Virus record (IMG/VR): IMGVR_UViG_3300037851_000814
Coordinates: 1-47,975 of that record
Direction: 5' to 3' (one strand)
DNA length: 47,975 nucleotides
DNA from: a virus
Taxonomy: Duplodnaviria > Caudoviricetes
In this document: positions 1 to 9,360 of the stretch, piece by piece
How positions within the stretch are numbered: position 1 is the first letter of the stretch
Layout: every line of letters begins with the position of its first letter
Made by a program: the position numbers and the translations under genes
The notes under the pieces: generated by a model
The model's input: the letters and a program-made list of their open reading frames with translations, nothing else
What the model was told of the DNA's origin: nothing
The model's database searches: none

Positions 1-127
1 CCTCTGCCGACCGCAACTGCCTGCGAGCCGGTGGCTTGGGCGATCCGTCCGATGATCACCGACTGCGCGTTGGTCGCATCTGGACGACCGACGACCACGG
101 AGTCGTTGACCACCCCGAAGGTGCCAC
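1..127. repeat. Terminal direct repeat, left copy (circular-contig overlap)
   Basis: 1-127 is identical to 47849-47975. 127 nt matches a common assembler k-mer, and an ORF reads through the junction. Confidence 0.95.
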
Positions 128-1130
128 CGTTCGCAAGGATGACTGCATTGGCCTTGGAGTTGGTGGTCAGGGTGACATTTCGTCCGATGAGGGTCAGTTC
201 CGAGCAAGCCCCATCTGGAATCGTCAAACCGTCTCCAATGATCAGGCATGGCGAGCCTGCTGGATCTGGCGATACTGCGGTGATGTCGCGCCCGACATAC
301 AACCCGCCTTTTCCGGTTCCGGTCACGACGATGTTCGTGCCGCAGACCAAAGCTTTGCTGGTGGCGGCACCCTGGTAATCGATCAACCACGGAGCGGCGA
401 GCAGGGCGATGCAGGCGGCGATCTTCCCGAGCGACTTCAACCCTCTCATGTTGAGATGCTTGTCAGAGTTGTCGACCCAGATGGTGGCGTCAGGGTCCGA
501 CCCAGGGTTCGCGGCTACCGGGGCGAACTCCATGCCGGTCGGATCGATCAGGCCGGTCACGGTCAGCTTGCCGTCCACGGTCATGTCGCCGGTCCAGACA
601 CCGTCCCAGGCGGAATAGCCGCCGGCCCCGTCGCCGACGATGATGCCGTTGACGGCATCCAGGGCGCTGATCCAGCTTTGGACCGCCAGCATCTCACCCT
701 GCAAGGTGGTGATCGCGCCTTCGGCTGCGGTCAGCCTCCCATCCAGCGCAGCGATGTCTGCTTCGGTGGCGTCGAGGCGACCGTCGAGGACATCGATGGT
801 TTCCGCCACGCTGCGAAGACTGCCGCTGTAGGTGCTGTCGTCGATGATCTCGCTGGCGAGATTCGACTCGCCCAGTTCCTCCAACACCTCTGGATGCAGG
901 TTGCGGAGACGGACGATCTCGTCCTGCAAAGTGCAATCTGACCGGATGATGTGACTGAGAGCCACCGCCTGACTGTTGTGTCCGGCGATCAGGTCATCGA
1001 TGATCTTCTGCAAATCAGCGCCACGGACCAGATCCTTGGCGTCCACCCCCTGGTAGACGGCCCGGCAGCACCGGATCGGACTGATGGCGTCCAGGCAGGT
1101 TCCTTCCTCACCAAAGCATCCGCATGGCAT
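1..1130 (-). CDS. Tail fibre 2, N-terminal part (continues across the junction into 47848-46039; ~979 aa in total)
   Basis: Hand translation from ATG 1130 (MPCGCFGEEG...RSDCTLQDEIVRLRNLHPEV...GTFGVVNDSVVVGRPD) is open and in frame with ORF 46039..47961. The ORF track missed it because it runs off the edge. Confidence 0.85.
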   Translation of the reverse strand, partial: MPCGCFGEEGTCLDAISPIRCCRAVYQGVDAKDLVRGADLQKIIDDLIAGHNSQAVALSHIIRSDCTLQDEIVRLRNLHPEVLEELGESNLASEIIDDSTYSGSLRSVAETIDVLDGRLDATEADIAALDGRLTAAEGAITTLQGEMLAVQSWISALDAVNGIIVGDGAGGYSAWDGVWTGDMTVDGKLTVTGLIDPTGMEFAPVAANPGSDPDATIWVDNSDKHLNMRGLKSLGKIAACIALLAAPWLIDYQGAATSKALVCGTNIVVTGTGKGGLYVGRDITAVSPDPAGSPCLIIGDGLTIPDGACSELTLIGRNVTLTTNSKANAVILANGGTFGVVNDSVVVGRPDATNAQSVIIGRIAQATGSQAVAVGR

Positions 1131-1131
1131 G

Positions 1132-2691
1132 TCAGCGATCCTCAATGGTCAGGTTTGCGTTGTAATAGTCCATGATGGCGTTGATGCCGGCGGTTCTGCG
1201 AGCATGCACCGTCACCAGGTCATCCTCCACCAGGTCGAGCCGGCCGGATACCACCACGGTTTCCCAATCATACGCCACATTCCAACGCTGGAACTGGCTG
1301 CGGCTGGTCACCTGGGTTCCATTCACGGCAACGGCGAACTCGTAGGTGTCGGATCCGCCAGATGACTGGAGGGCGGCGGAAATGACCAGGACGAAGTGGA
1401 CACGGCAGTCACGGTCGGCCTTGAGCGCACGACCGGCAACACCCGACAGGACGGTGGTGAACCCATCCAGCAGACCATCAATCGGGATTTCGATCTCCTG
1501 CCATGACGCACTGTTGAACAGGATGCTGGCCGGCGCACCGATCACCTCGCCGCCATGCTTGGCCAAGGTATCGATTTCCCCCTTCAATGCATCGATGGAC
1601 GCCGCGACCGCTTGCGCTCCGCCACCGTAGGTGCTGTCGTCGGTGACCACGCTGGAGAGCGGATCCCATACCGAATACGCGCCGGCCCCATCGCAGGCCA
1701 GGATGCCGTTGAGGGCGTCAAGGTCGATCTTCCACGTGAGCAGTGGTCCGGTGGTCGCGAGAATGCTGGCGATGACGGTGTCGATGTAGTTCTTGTTGGC
1801 GACTTCCGATGGATTGGCCGGATCGGGGATGCCGTCGATGGTCCCGCCGCCGGCAAAGTGGATGTTGATCCCATCCTCCATGGTGGTGTCGATGTCGGTG
1901 CGGACATAGGTCGGGGCCAGGCCCAGGGCGTCCAGGGTCCGCCAGAGTCCGTCTTCGCACAGGACGCGGATGTCGCCCGTCACCATGCTTGGTCCGGGAA
2001 CCAGACCGTCCTTCCCATAGTCGAAGACCGTCAGCCGGGGATCCTGGTCGGTCACGAACCGATTCGACATCGACGGAGTGCCTTCGGTGCCACCGAGTGC
2101 GTCGAGGGTGTCGGCGTCGAGGGTGGGGCGGAACTCCTGGTGGAACACCTCCCAGGTGATGGGATCGGTCCCTACCTCGTCCTCATCCGGCAACCACGCC
2201 CAGGAGGTGTAGGCACCGACCGTGCCTTCCAGCACCCAGCAGAGGATCGCCCCGGCCGGCCGGTCCCCGGCCAACATTGGTGCGATCCTCACCCAATCGG
2301 TGGTCGCCACCCGGTAGACGCCGTTCTCGACCGGGTCCGTCTGGTCCTTGACCAGGCAGACCTCGTCCTCCAGCAGGGCCACGCCATCGACGGTCTGCTC
2401 GCCGGCCAAGGCGATGTTGGCGGTGGTGGATGCGCGGGCGGTGGCATATCCAGTCACGCCAAGCATCGCCGCCAGCACCTCCGGGTGGAGGGTCCGCAGG
2501 CGGATCAACTCGTCTTTCAGTTGGCCATCCGACCGGGTCAGGGTTCCCAACCAGTCGATGGTCAGGTTGATCCAGTGGAGACACCCGTCGTTGATCGCCT
2601 CCTTGAGAAGGTCGGCGTGGACATAGTCGTTGGCACCGGGAAGGTCCACATAGTCGGTCGGGAAGTCCAGGTATGGCAGGTAGTTGGCCAC
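1132..2691 (-). CDS. Tail fibre/fibre-like protein 1 (~519 aa)
   Basis: GTG at 2691 with a GGAGGT SD. Has a fibre N-terminal motif (ASTTANIALAGEQTVDGV...LVKDQTDPVENGVY), a DPANPSEVANKNYID repeat motif and a beta-rich C-terminal head. Confidence 0.75.
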   Translation of the reverse strand: MANYLPYLDFPTDYVDLPGANDYVHADLLKEAINDGCLHWINLTIDWLGTLTRSDGQLKDELIRLRTLHPEVLAAMLGVTGYATARASTTANIALAGEQTVDGVALLEDEVCLVKDQTDPVENGVYRVATTDWVRIAPMLAGDRPAGAILCWVLEGTVGAYTSWAWLPDEDEVGTDPITWEVFHQEFRPTLDADTLDALGGTEGTPSMSNRFVTDQDPRLTVFDYGKDGLVPGPSMVTGDIRVLCEDGLWRTLDALGLAPTYVRTDIDTTMEDGINIHFAGGGTIDGIPDPANPSEVANKNYIDTVIASILATTGPLLTWKIDLDALNGILACDGAGAYSVWDPLSSVVTDDSTYGGGAQAVAASIDALKGEIDTLAKHGGEVIGAPASILFNSASWQEIEIPIDGLLDGFTTVLSGVAGRALKADRDCRVHFVLVISAALQSSGGSDTYEFAVAVNGTQVTSRSQFQRWNVAYDWETVVVSGRLDLVEDDLVTVHARRTAGINAIMDYYNANLTIEDR

Positions 2692-2693
2692 GA

Positions 2694-5600
2694 TCACCTC
2701 CGACTTGCAACCAGACCGATGACGATCTGGTCGAGTTCCCATCCCGCGAGGTCTTTGCTGTCCACCTCCAGCGTAAGCCCTTCAGAGAGCATGTGGAGCA
2801 GGTGCCGCCGGCCAGTAAGAGTCTCCCCCTGGGTGGTTGGCCCGCGGATCAGTTTCGCGGTATCGGCCGGACTGTTGCGGAGCCACAACTGGCACTTGCC
2901 AAGTTGCTCAAAACTGGCCCACAACCACCGCTTCATCAGCGCCGGGGATCCGAGGTCGTTGTGGTGGAAGCGCACCCGCGAGCGGTACTTGAAGTCCTCC
3001 AGCCGGATCGCTTCGCGGGCCGCAGGGTCATCCTCCTCGGTTCGTGCGGTTTCCCAGGAATCGACATCGACATCGTCGGCCCATTCCCCGCTCCCGACCT
3101 GGAGGGAAGCGTCCAGGTAGCGGACCAGGTTCCCGTCCCGCCAATAGAGGCGGTCGCTGACATCGATCATGCTGTCGATGACCGGGATCTCCAGATCGCG
3201 GACGCTGCCCAGGGTCCAGCCGGCGACCTTGCTGTCCCGATAGAGGCTGAAAAACACCAGACGCCGCTGGCCGTCGAGGGTCACGATGCCGACATAGGAT
3301 CCGATGGCGGGCCAGAATCGGCAGGCAAGGATGCTGTCAAAGCGCAGCGTCTCGATCGGCCGGCCGAAGTGGTTTTCCTTGAGCGAGTCGTAGTTGAGTC
3401 CCCCCAGGTCCATGTATCGGTAGGCATCCTGGCACAGGACCATGACGCCACCGAAGAGGGAGGCGGTCGGTCCACGGGATCCGAACGGGAGATCATCCAG
3501 ATAGGCATTCTGCTGCGGATCGGTGGCGACCGCCCACAGTTGCGTGCTGTTCGCGAAGTGGATCGCCAGCCGATTCTGGATGGCGGAAAGGGCGATGATG
3601 CTTCCGCACGCCTCGGTTTTCGCCCCGCTGCCCAGGTAGCCAGCATCCAGGTATCCGGCATCACGCTCATATTGCGCGGTTTTCTCAAGGAAAAACACGC
3701 TTTCCTTGCCTGCCTCCCCACCATAGAAATAGGGTTCGTTGCCGACGATCTCGCCCATCGCATCGGTGGTCAGACGCTGGCGGATGTGGAAGTGGTAGCG
3801 TTGCCACCCATCGAGCGGGATGGATGATGGACTGTCCACCACGAACCACGGATTGGATGCTCCACCATGGACGATCCGGCAGCGACCATCGGAGCCATCA
3901 TCGCCGCCGGGTATTCCTGGGCAGATGAACTCCGTGTCCCCTTCGTACCGGCCTCTCGCCCCATCGCCGCCGCGGCCGTAGAAGTCTCCGCCGCCGCTAT
4001 TGCCACCGGCCCCGCCGGCCACCGGCGTTTCCGGCCAGGAGAACAACTTGGTATCCACCGCCCCGGTTGCCCCATCCGCTCCGTCGGTTCCGGTGGTTGG
4101 CGGAACTGGTGTGCCACCGGCTCCACCGGCTCCGGGAATCGGCACCAGGATCCCATTTGGCGCACCTGGCTGACCGCCCGCGCCTCCGCCGACCTCGGCC
4201 AGGACAGTCACGCCGCGGAGGAGCCTTGTGATTCCGCCATCGCCGCCTGGGCTGGTGGTCCCACAGTTGAACCCGCCGAACTCGTCCTGATGGGAATCTC
4301 CACCGACCCCACCGGCACCCACCACGATGTCAAGGGTTTCGCCGGGCGTGACGGGGATCACCTCCGTGGCATGTGCGCCACCGCCGCCGCCACCACCGGA
4401 TGCGGTGTCTCGCCTCCAGATGGTCTGGTGGTTCCAGGAACCACCACCACCGCCGCCGGCTCCCCACAACTCGACCGTGATTTGCGTCACGCCGGCCGGG
4501 ACGGTGAAGGTGTGGGATCCTGCGGTGTCGAAGATGTTCACCGTTTCCTGGCCCACCACCACCGGCCAATGTGGAATGCCGGCCAGCACCGTGGAATCAT
4601 TCGGCAGACCGTTGAGATTGATCGCCTGGAATGGCCAGACCTGGCCATCGAACAAGTAGGTTCCACTATTGAAGTGGCGTTGGGTGCATTCGGCGACGAC
4701 ATCGTCACCCGCGGCAGGTGCGAACTTGATGGTCCACTCGGTCCCCTGCGCCGGCAGGTTGTCCACCCAGGTGATGCGGAGGTAGCCATCATCGTTGGTC
4801 AACTCGTAGTCGGTGTCGGGAACCACGGTCGACTCGGTTGGACCAAGCGCCACCACCGGGGCAAACTGCGGAACCAGGCCGACCGTCTCCCACCGGAGGT
4901 TCGTGCGGTAGGACGATTCGACCACGCCATCGCATTGGGTGCGGATCGTGTCGCGGAACTTGGAGAAAACGATCTTGGCCACCCGGTTGTCGGTCTGCAC
5001 CGAATAGGCGGTCCAGATGACTGATCCATCAGTGACCGTCGCCAGGTTGGCGGTCGGCCAGGTCGGTTCAACCGCTCCGGTGGTGCCAGGATTCGTGCAG
5101 AGGTAGACATACCCATTGGCGGTCGTCGGCGCCACCCAATCCCCCGATCCCTTGACCGTCGTCGCCGCCCAGGCCGGGCTGGCAAAGTCGATGCCGACAT
5201 GGGTGAAATGCAGACCATCGCCATAGATGAGCGGAACCACCTCCGTGCCACCGCCGTCGGTGCGTTCCAGGCGGACCGCCCAGTCGTTGGCGAAATCGTT
5301 GAGGGTGTCATGCCGGTAGAACACCGAAGTGGTGAACTCGGTGGTGGAACCGTCACCGGAGAAGGTCTCCTGGCCGGGGACCGCGTCCTTGGTGAAGTCG
5401 CCACCCTCCAGCACCGACAACGGTGGACCACCGACCATGGCCCGCCAGCGGATCCAGGTGCCGGCCGGCCCCGGAAACCTGACCGCCAAGCACACCTCAT
5501 TGTGGTTGGCTCCCCACCGATGATCGGTCGGCAGGGGAGCATAGGTCATGGGGTCGCTTGGGCTGTATGGGGTTTCCTTGAACCGCTGCCAGGTGCCGGT

Positions 5601-6428
5601 GTCGTCCAACCACTCCAGCAGATACGCGGACCAGGCCCGGTCGTCGTCCAGACGGTCGTGGCGTTCGCTCACATGGAAGTGGAACAGGTCCGTCCCGTCA
5701 TCCGGGATCTGGAAGTACCACCATTCGCCGGCATCCCGGAGATCCTCGACCTTGAGCGGATTCCACACCCGCTCGCCCAGGGGCTGTTCGGCGGAACTGG
5801 CCCCAGCGAATGCGACATCCCCGGTGGGCCGGGATGAATAGACCTTCTCGGCAGCCACCACCAGGGCGGGAGAGAAGTCGGGGACCGCGGCCCCGATGAT
5901 GCCCTTGCCGAAGATGTGGACCGGACGGGTGCCGTCGGCGTTCCAGTTGGTGGGACACCATGGGTCTTCGATATAACTCGGCTTGGTCCGGGCATTGCCA
6001 TCTGGATCGGCAGGATCCAGGACATGGTAGAGGACCACCTCACCTGACGGGATCGGGTAGGTGTGGGCGATGACCGCCAATACCCGGTTGCGGTAGGTCA
6101 GGACGCCGCGGAGCGCCCAGCCGGTGGCATAGTCGGGCTGGTCGAAGCGGAGCGTGGTGATCAGGCCGGCATCCGGGCCGACATGGGCGATCGGGACGCC
6201 ACGCGGGGCGATGGTCATCAGACCGCACCCGACATGGGTCAGGCCGGCGCAGGCCGGATCCAGGACGACATCCAGCCGTCGCCGCGGTGGTCGGCTGCGG
6301 AGCTTCCTACCGGGAGTCAGCAGGACATTGTCGGCCATCCGCAGGGCGGTCGGGTCGTTGGGGTAGAGTCCCCGGCTGAGATCGATGCCGGAACGGAAAT
6401 CCTTGACGACGATGGACCGACTCGTCAC
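2694..6428 (-). CDS. Tail nozzle/tubular-B-like structural protein with inserted Gly-rich and carbohydrate-binding-like modules (1244 aa)
   Basis: Follows the adaptor gene. The N-terminus (VKDFRSGIDL...LRMADNVLL) is typical of podoviral nozzle/stabilisation proteins. Contains a FTVPAGVTQITVELWGAGGGGGG Gly-rich domain. Confidence 0.6.
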   Translation of the reverse strand: MTSRSIVVKDFRSGIDLSRGLYPNDPTALRMADNVLLTPGRKLRSRPPRRRLDVVLDPACAGLTHVGCGLMTIAPRGVPIAHVGPDAGLITTLRFDQPDYATGWALRGVLTYRNRVLAVIAHTYPIPSGEVVLYHVLDPADPDGNARTKPSYIEDPWCPTNWNADGTRPVHIFGKGIIGAAVPDFSPALVVAAEKVYSSRPTGDVAFAGASSAEQPLGERVWNPLKVEDLRDAGEWWYFQIPDDGTDLFHFHVSERHDRLDDDRAWSAYLLEWLDDTGTWQRFKETPYSPSDPMTYAPLPTDHRWGANHNEVCLAVRFPGPAGTWIRWRAMVGGPPLSVLEGGDFTKDAVPGQETFSGDGSTTEFTTSVFYRHDTLNDFANDWAVRLERTDGGGTEVVPLIYGDGLHFTHVGIDFASPAWAATTVKGSGDWVAPTTANGYVYLCTNPGTTGAVEPTWPTANLATVTDGSVIWTAYSVQTDNRVAKIVFSKFRDTIRTQCDGVVESSYRTNLRWETVGLVPQFAPVVALGPTESTVVPDTDYELTNDDGYLRITWVDNLPAQGTEWTIKFAPAAGDDVVAECTQRHFNSGTYLFDGQVWPFQAINLNGLPNDSTVLAGIPHWPVVVGQETVNIFDTAGSHTFTVPAGVTQITVELWGAGGGGGGSWNHQTIWRRDTASGGGGGGGAHATEVIPVTPGETLDIVVGAGGVGGDSHQDEFGGFNCGTTSPGGDGGITRLLRGVTVLAEVGGGAGGQPGAPNGILVPIPGAGGAGGTPVPPTTGTDGADGATGAVDTKLFSWPETPVAGGAGGNSGGGDFYGRGGDGARGRYEGDTEFICPGIPGGDDGSDGRCRIVHGGASNPWFVVDSPSSIPLDGWQRYHFHIRQRLTTDAMGEIVGNEPYFYGGEAGKESVFFLEKTAQYERDAGYLDAGYLGSGAKTEACGSIIALSAIQNRLAIHFANSTQLWAVATDPQQNAYLDDLPFGSRGPTASLFGGVMVLCQDAYRYMDLGGLNYDSLKENHFGRPIETLRFDSILACRFWPAIGSYVGIVTLDGQRRLVFFSLYRDSKVAGWTLGSVRDLEIPVIDSMIDVSDRLYWRDGNLVRYLDASLQVGSGEWADDVDVDSWETARTEEDDPAAREAIRLEDFKYRSRVRFHHNDLGSPALMKRWLWASFEQLGKCQLWLRNSPADTAKLIRGPTTQGETLTGRRHLLHMLSEGLTLEVDSKDLAGWELDQIVIGLVASRR

Positions 6429-7252
6429 GGGGCGCTCACGATTCCAGCCGCATCCCAGGTCTGCCCCTTGGCCTTGAAGTCGAAACCGGGGATGTCATTG
6501 GGGTTGATCAACCTGCTTTCCTGGTCAGGGCTGAGTCGCAGGTTGATGCCTTCCAGGTAGGGAATGATCTGGTCGGTGGCCTGGGCGGCACGGAGATAGC
6601 GCAGGCGTTGCTCGGCCCGCCGTTCCTGCCGCTGGGCCGCAACCTGTTCCCCCTCATAGGAATGGTATTCGGACATGGCGTACAGCAGGATCAACTCGGC
6701 GTCGATGACCGTCCGGTCGCAGTCGCAGTGCAACTCCGGGGCATAGGTGAACAGCATCTTCATCGGGTAGGGCTTGTCCGACAACGGTCGGATGAGGATC
6801 CGGTCACGGACTCCCCATCGCCGCGGAGGTCCGGTCACCCGATCCATCGCATCGCCACCCTCGTCCCACAGGGGATCGGAATCATGGTGGATGCCCAGGA
6901 CCACCCGGTCGAGCGGCACGAACACATTCGTCGGGTAGGTGGACAGCAGGCCGGAACCGCTCCGATCAGCATCAGACAACCAGATGCCAAGCTCCAGGAT
7001 GCTGCCGGGGCCGCAGCCGGCAGGAAACGGGATCTCACCCTGCTGCGTTCCAATGTCGAAGGTCACCGTCCGTTGGGCATGGACCCACTGGCAGTTCTCC
7101 ATCGCCCGCTGGTGGGAGGCGCGGATGATCTCGTTGAGATGCTTCGTGATCTGGTCGGTGGCATCGGACGAGGTCTCGGCACCCAGGCGGGTCGCCAGGA
7201 TGTCGCGAAGCTCCCGCAGAGACTTGTGCGAGTAGATGTAATCGCCTGACAT
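6425..7252 (-). CDS. Head-tail adaptor / tail tubular protein A-like (275 aa)
   Basis: Synteny downstream of the capsid, a SLRELRDILATRLG N-terminal helix and a C-terminal helix pattern typical of adaptors. GGCGG/AAGGG SD-like sequence upstream. Confidence 0.6.
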   Translation of the reverse strand: MSGDYIYSHKSLRELRDILATRLGAETSSDATDQITKHLNEIIRASHQRAMENCQWVHAQRTVTFDIGTQQGEIPFPAGCGPGSILELGIWLSDADRSGSGLLSTYPTNVFVPLDRVVLGIHHDSDPLWDEGGDAMDRVTGPPRRWGVRDRILIRPLSDKPYPMKMLFTYAPELHCDCDRTVIDAELILLYAMSEYHSYEGEQVAAQRQERRAEQRLRYLRAAQATDQIIPYLEGINLRLSPDQESRLINPNDIPGFDFKAKGQTWDAAGIVSAP

Positions 7253-7284
7253 GACCGCCCCTTATCGGGGCCACCAGACGCTCG

Positions 7285-8178
7285 TCAGGTCGGATCGGCA
7301 GCCTCAATGGGTTGCACGACGGGACCGTCGGAAACGAAGCCGGGTGGCCGAAGACTGTTGAAGTACCTCGTCACCAAGTCAATGAGTCGGTTCCGGTTCC
7401 GGCCGTTCATCGCCGGGATCGACCGCATGTCCGCGGCGGTCCAATCCTCGGTCGGCTTGCTGGTCGCCAGGAAACTGACTGCGCGAGCCTGGCCTTCGTC
7501 CAGCGGATCGCCGTCGGTGTTCTCCGCCCGCATCAGGAACTGGACCAGTGCCGGATCGATGGTCGGGCTTTCCGCCATGGGCGGATCGTCCGGGCCACCG
7601 TCCAGGGCCGGCGATGCATCCTGCGGTGCCAGGCGTCCGATCTCGGGGACGCCCAGTTCGCGACCGGGAAGGTCGATGATGTCGCGTTTGCTGGTCAAGT
7701 TGATGTGCGGGAAGTGCTTCGCCAGGAGCGATTCGATGACCTTCGGATCGTAGGATCCGTTCCACTCCTCGGCCATGGCATGCATCTTGGGGATCAGCGA
7801 GCATTGTGGGCCAGAACCGTAGACCTCGTCCATGACATTGATGTGGGTGTTGCCCACCTGGACCTTGGAATAGGTCCGCATGAGGTTCCGCAGCACTCCC
7901 TGCCACTGGTATTCCGTCAGATCCTGGCACCGCATCCTGCGGGTGATCTCCTCGACCTGCCCCGGACCGACGATCGACACCCGGCCGGCCAGACGCTTGT
8001 AGACCTGCCGCATGAGCGGGATCTCTTCCAGCGAGAGGCAGGCACTGGTCGATTTGTCGGACACGGTGCAGATGCAGCAGACGAAGATCCGTCGCATGAC
8101 GATCTTCGTGTCGTGCTTGGGATCCCCGACGAACAGGGCCAGGTTCTTGGGTTCAGCGGTGGTGGTCGGCATGTTCAC
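7285..8178 (-). CDS. Hypothetical protein (297 aa)
   Basis: Clean ORF in the structural operon with a GAGGTG SD near the start. No motif recognised. Confidence 0.6.
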   Translation of the reverse strand: MNMPTTTAEPKNLALFVGDPKHDTKIVMRRIFVCCICTVSDKSTSACLSLEEIPLMRQVYKRLAGRVSIVGPGQVEEITRRMRCQDLTEYQWQGVLRNLMRTYSKVQVGNTHINVMDEVYGSGPQCSLIPKMHAMAEEWNGSYDPKVIESLLAKHFPHINLTSKRDIIDLPGRELGVPEIGRLAPQDASPALDGGPDDPPMAESPTIDPALVQFLMRAENTDGDPLDEGQARAVSFLATSKPTEDWTAADMRSIPAMNGRNRNRLIDLVTRYFNSLRPPGFVSDGPVVQPIEAADPT

Positions 8179-8192
8179 CTCACTGTGGGCCA

Positions 8193-8221
8193 GGGCCGCG
8201 CCGGCGGATCCGGCGCGGCCC
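8193..8221 (-). terminator. 12-bp GC hairpin directly after the capsid gene (terminator or processing stem)
   Basis: GGGCCGCGCCGG-cggat-CCGGCGCGGCCC, 9 nt past the capsid stop. No U-tract. Confidence 0.5.
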
Positions 8222-8229
8222 CCACCCGG

Positions 8230-9345
8230 TTAGACCTTCCGGTACTGGACCGCGCAGGAACGGGGGGCGCGGAGGACCAGTGCCATGGTGTGGAACCACG
8301 ATTCGTGGCAGACCACCTGGTCGCGAGCCATGCCATGGTTGACATACTCGTCCGACTTCTCCACATAGAGTCGGAGGTGTTCGGACAGGTGGTAGCACCG
8401 ATCCGACCACGGGATCGCCGGCGACTCGATCTCATCCAGATCGCGGTAGACCTGGTCGTTGACGATCAGGTTGCCTTCGGGATCCACGAACGCTTCGCCC
8501 GGCAGGCCGATCTTGAACTTGTTCGCGTAGGCCGCGGCCTGCTCGTAGCCCAGGCGGATGTCGAACCCACGACCCAGGGCCGCGCCACCGTAGTACCCGT
8601 TGGCGTTGGGCTGGTAGATCGACACCAGCATGTCGAAGTAGTTGTCGCCGCACGACACGAACCGCATGGACGATCCGGCGGAGTAGCGGTTCAGTTCGCG
8701 GTTGATCTGCGACTGCGTGAGCCACAGGTTGGTCGGATCGACATCCGCAACCAGGATGTGCTGGAGGAGGAAGAACGACCGATCCGCGCCACCAATGGTG
8801 CCGGTGGAGTTGCTGGTCACGGGCAGCAGGGCGTCGACGCCCTCATAGAACTTCGGCTTGTCGGTGTTCGCCCGCATGATCCGTCGGGCGCGGGACCGGC
8901 GCTTCGATTCCATGATGTCGTCGTAGTTTTCCGTGAGATAGTTGAGGACCACCTCCGCGGCCTTCGGCGAACCCTTGTCGCCCGGCTTGGCACCGTAGCG
9001 GATGGAGATGCCCAGCCGCTCCAGGAAGTCGTACTGCTCGGTATTGCCGTAGTGGGTCTTGCCCACCTTGAACTTGAGCGGGAACGGCGTGATGTGGTTC
9101 TCGAAGGTGAGGACATCGGCACCGTCCCAGGCTTCCTCCTCCTGGTCACGGTTGCCCTTCACCTCGGTCCGGTAGCCGCCATCCACGGAGTGGATGTCCT
9201 GGCTGCGGGCGACGAGCCAGTTGTAGGTGGGGAAACGCCGGTCATCGAGCCGCAGGGCGGAATCGTTGAGCCGACGGTAGGAGGTGACCTCATTCGCGAT
9301 GAAGTCCAGACCTTCCTGGGTGATGTAGTCGTTGGTCACGGTCAT
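8230..9345 (-). CDS. Major capsid protein (371 aa)
   Basis: Follows portal and scaffold. Motifs WDGADVL, KFYEGVDALL and TGTIGGADRS resemble podoviral HK97-fold capsids. Strong codon bias and AAAGGA SD. Confidence 0.8.
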   Translation of the reverse strand: MTVTNDYITQEGLDFIANEVTSYRRLNDSALRLDDRRFPTYNWLVARSQDIHSVDGGYRTEVKGNRDQEEEAWDGADVLTFENHITPFPLKFKVGKTHYGNTEQYDFLERLGISIRYGAKPGDKGSPKAAEVVLNYLTENYDDIMESKRRSRARRIMRANTDKPKFYEGVDALLPVTSNSTGTIGGADRSFFLLQHILVADVDPTNLWLTQSQINRELNRYSAGSSMRFVSCGDNYFDMLVSIYQPNANGYYGGAALGRGFDIRLGYEQAAAYANKFKIGLPGEAFVDPEGNLIVNDQVYRDLDEIESPAIPWSDRCYHLSEHLRLYVEKSDEYVNHGMARDQVVCHESWFHTMALVLRAPRSCAVQYRKV

Positions 9346-9360
9346 GGGAGTGATCCTTTG

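Noticed and set aside
1-127. Biological direct terminal repeats (T7-like)
   Set aside because: The length equals a usual assembly k-mer and it falls mid-gene, so an assembly overlap is the better explanation.
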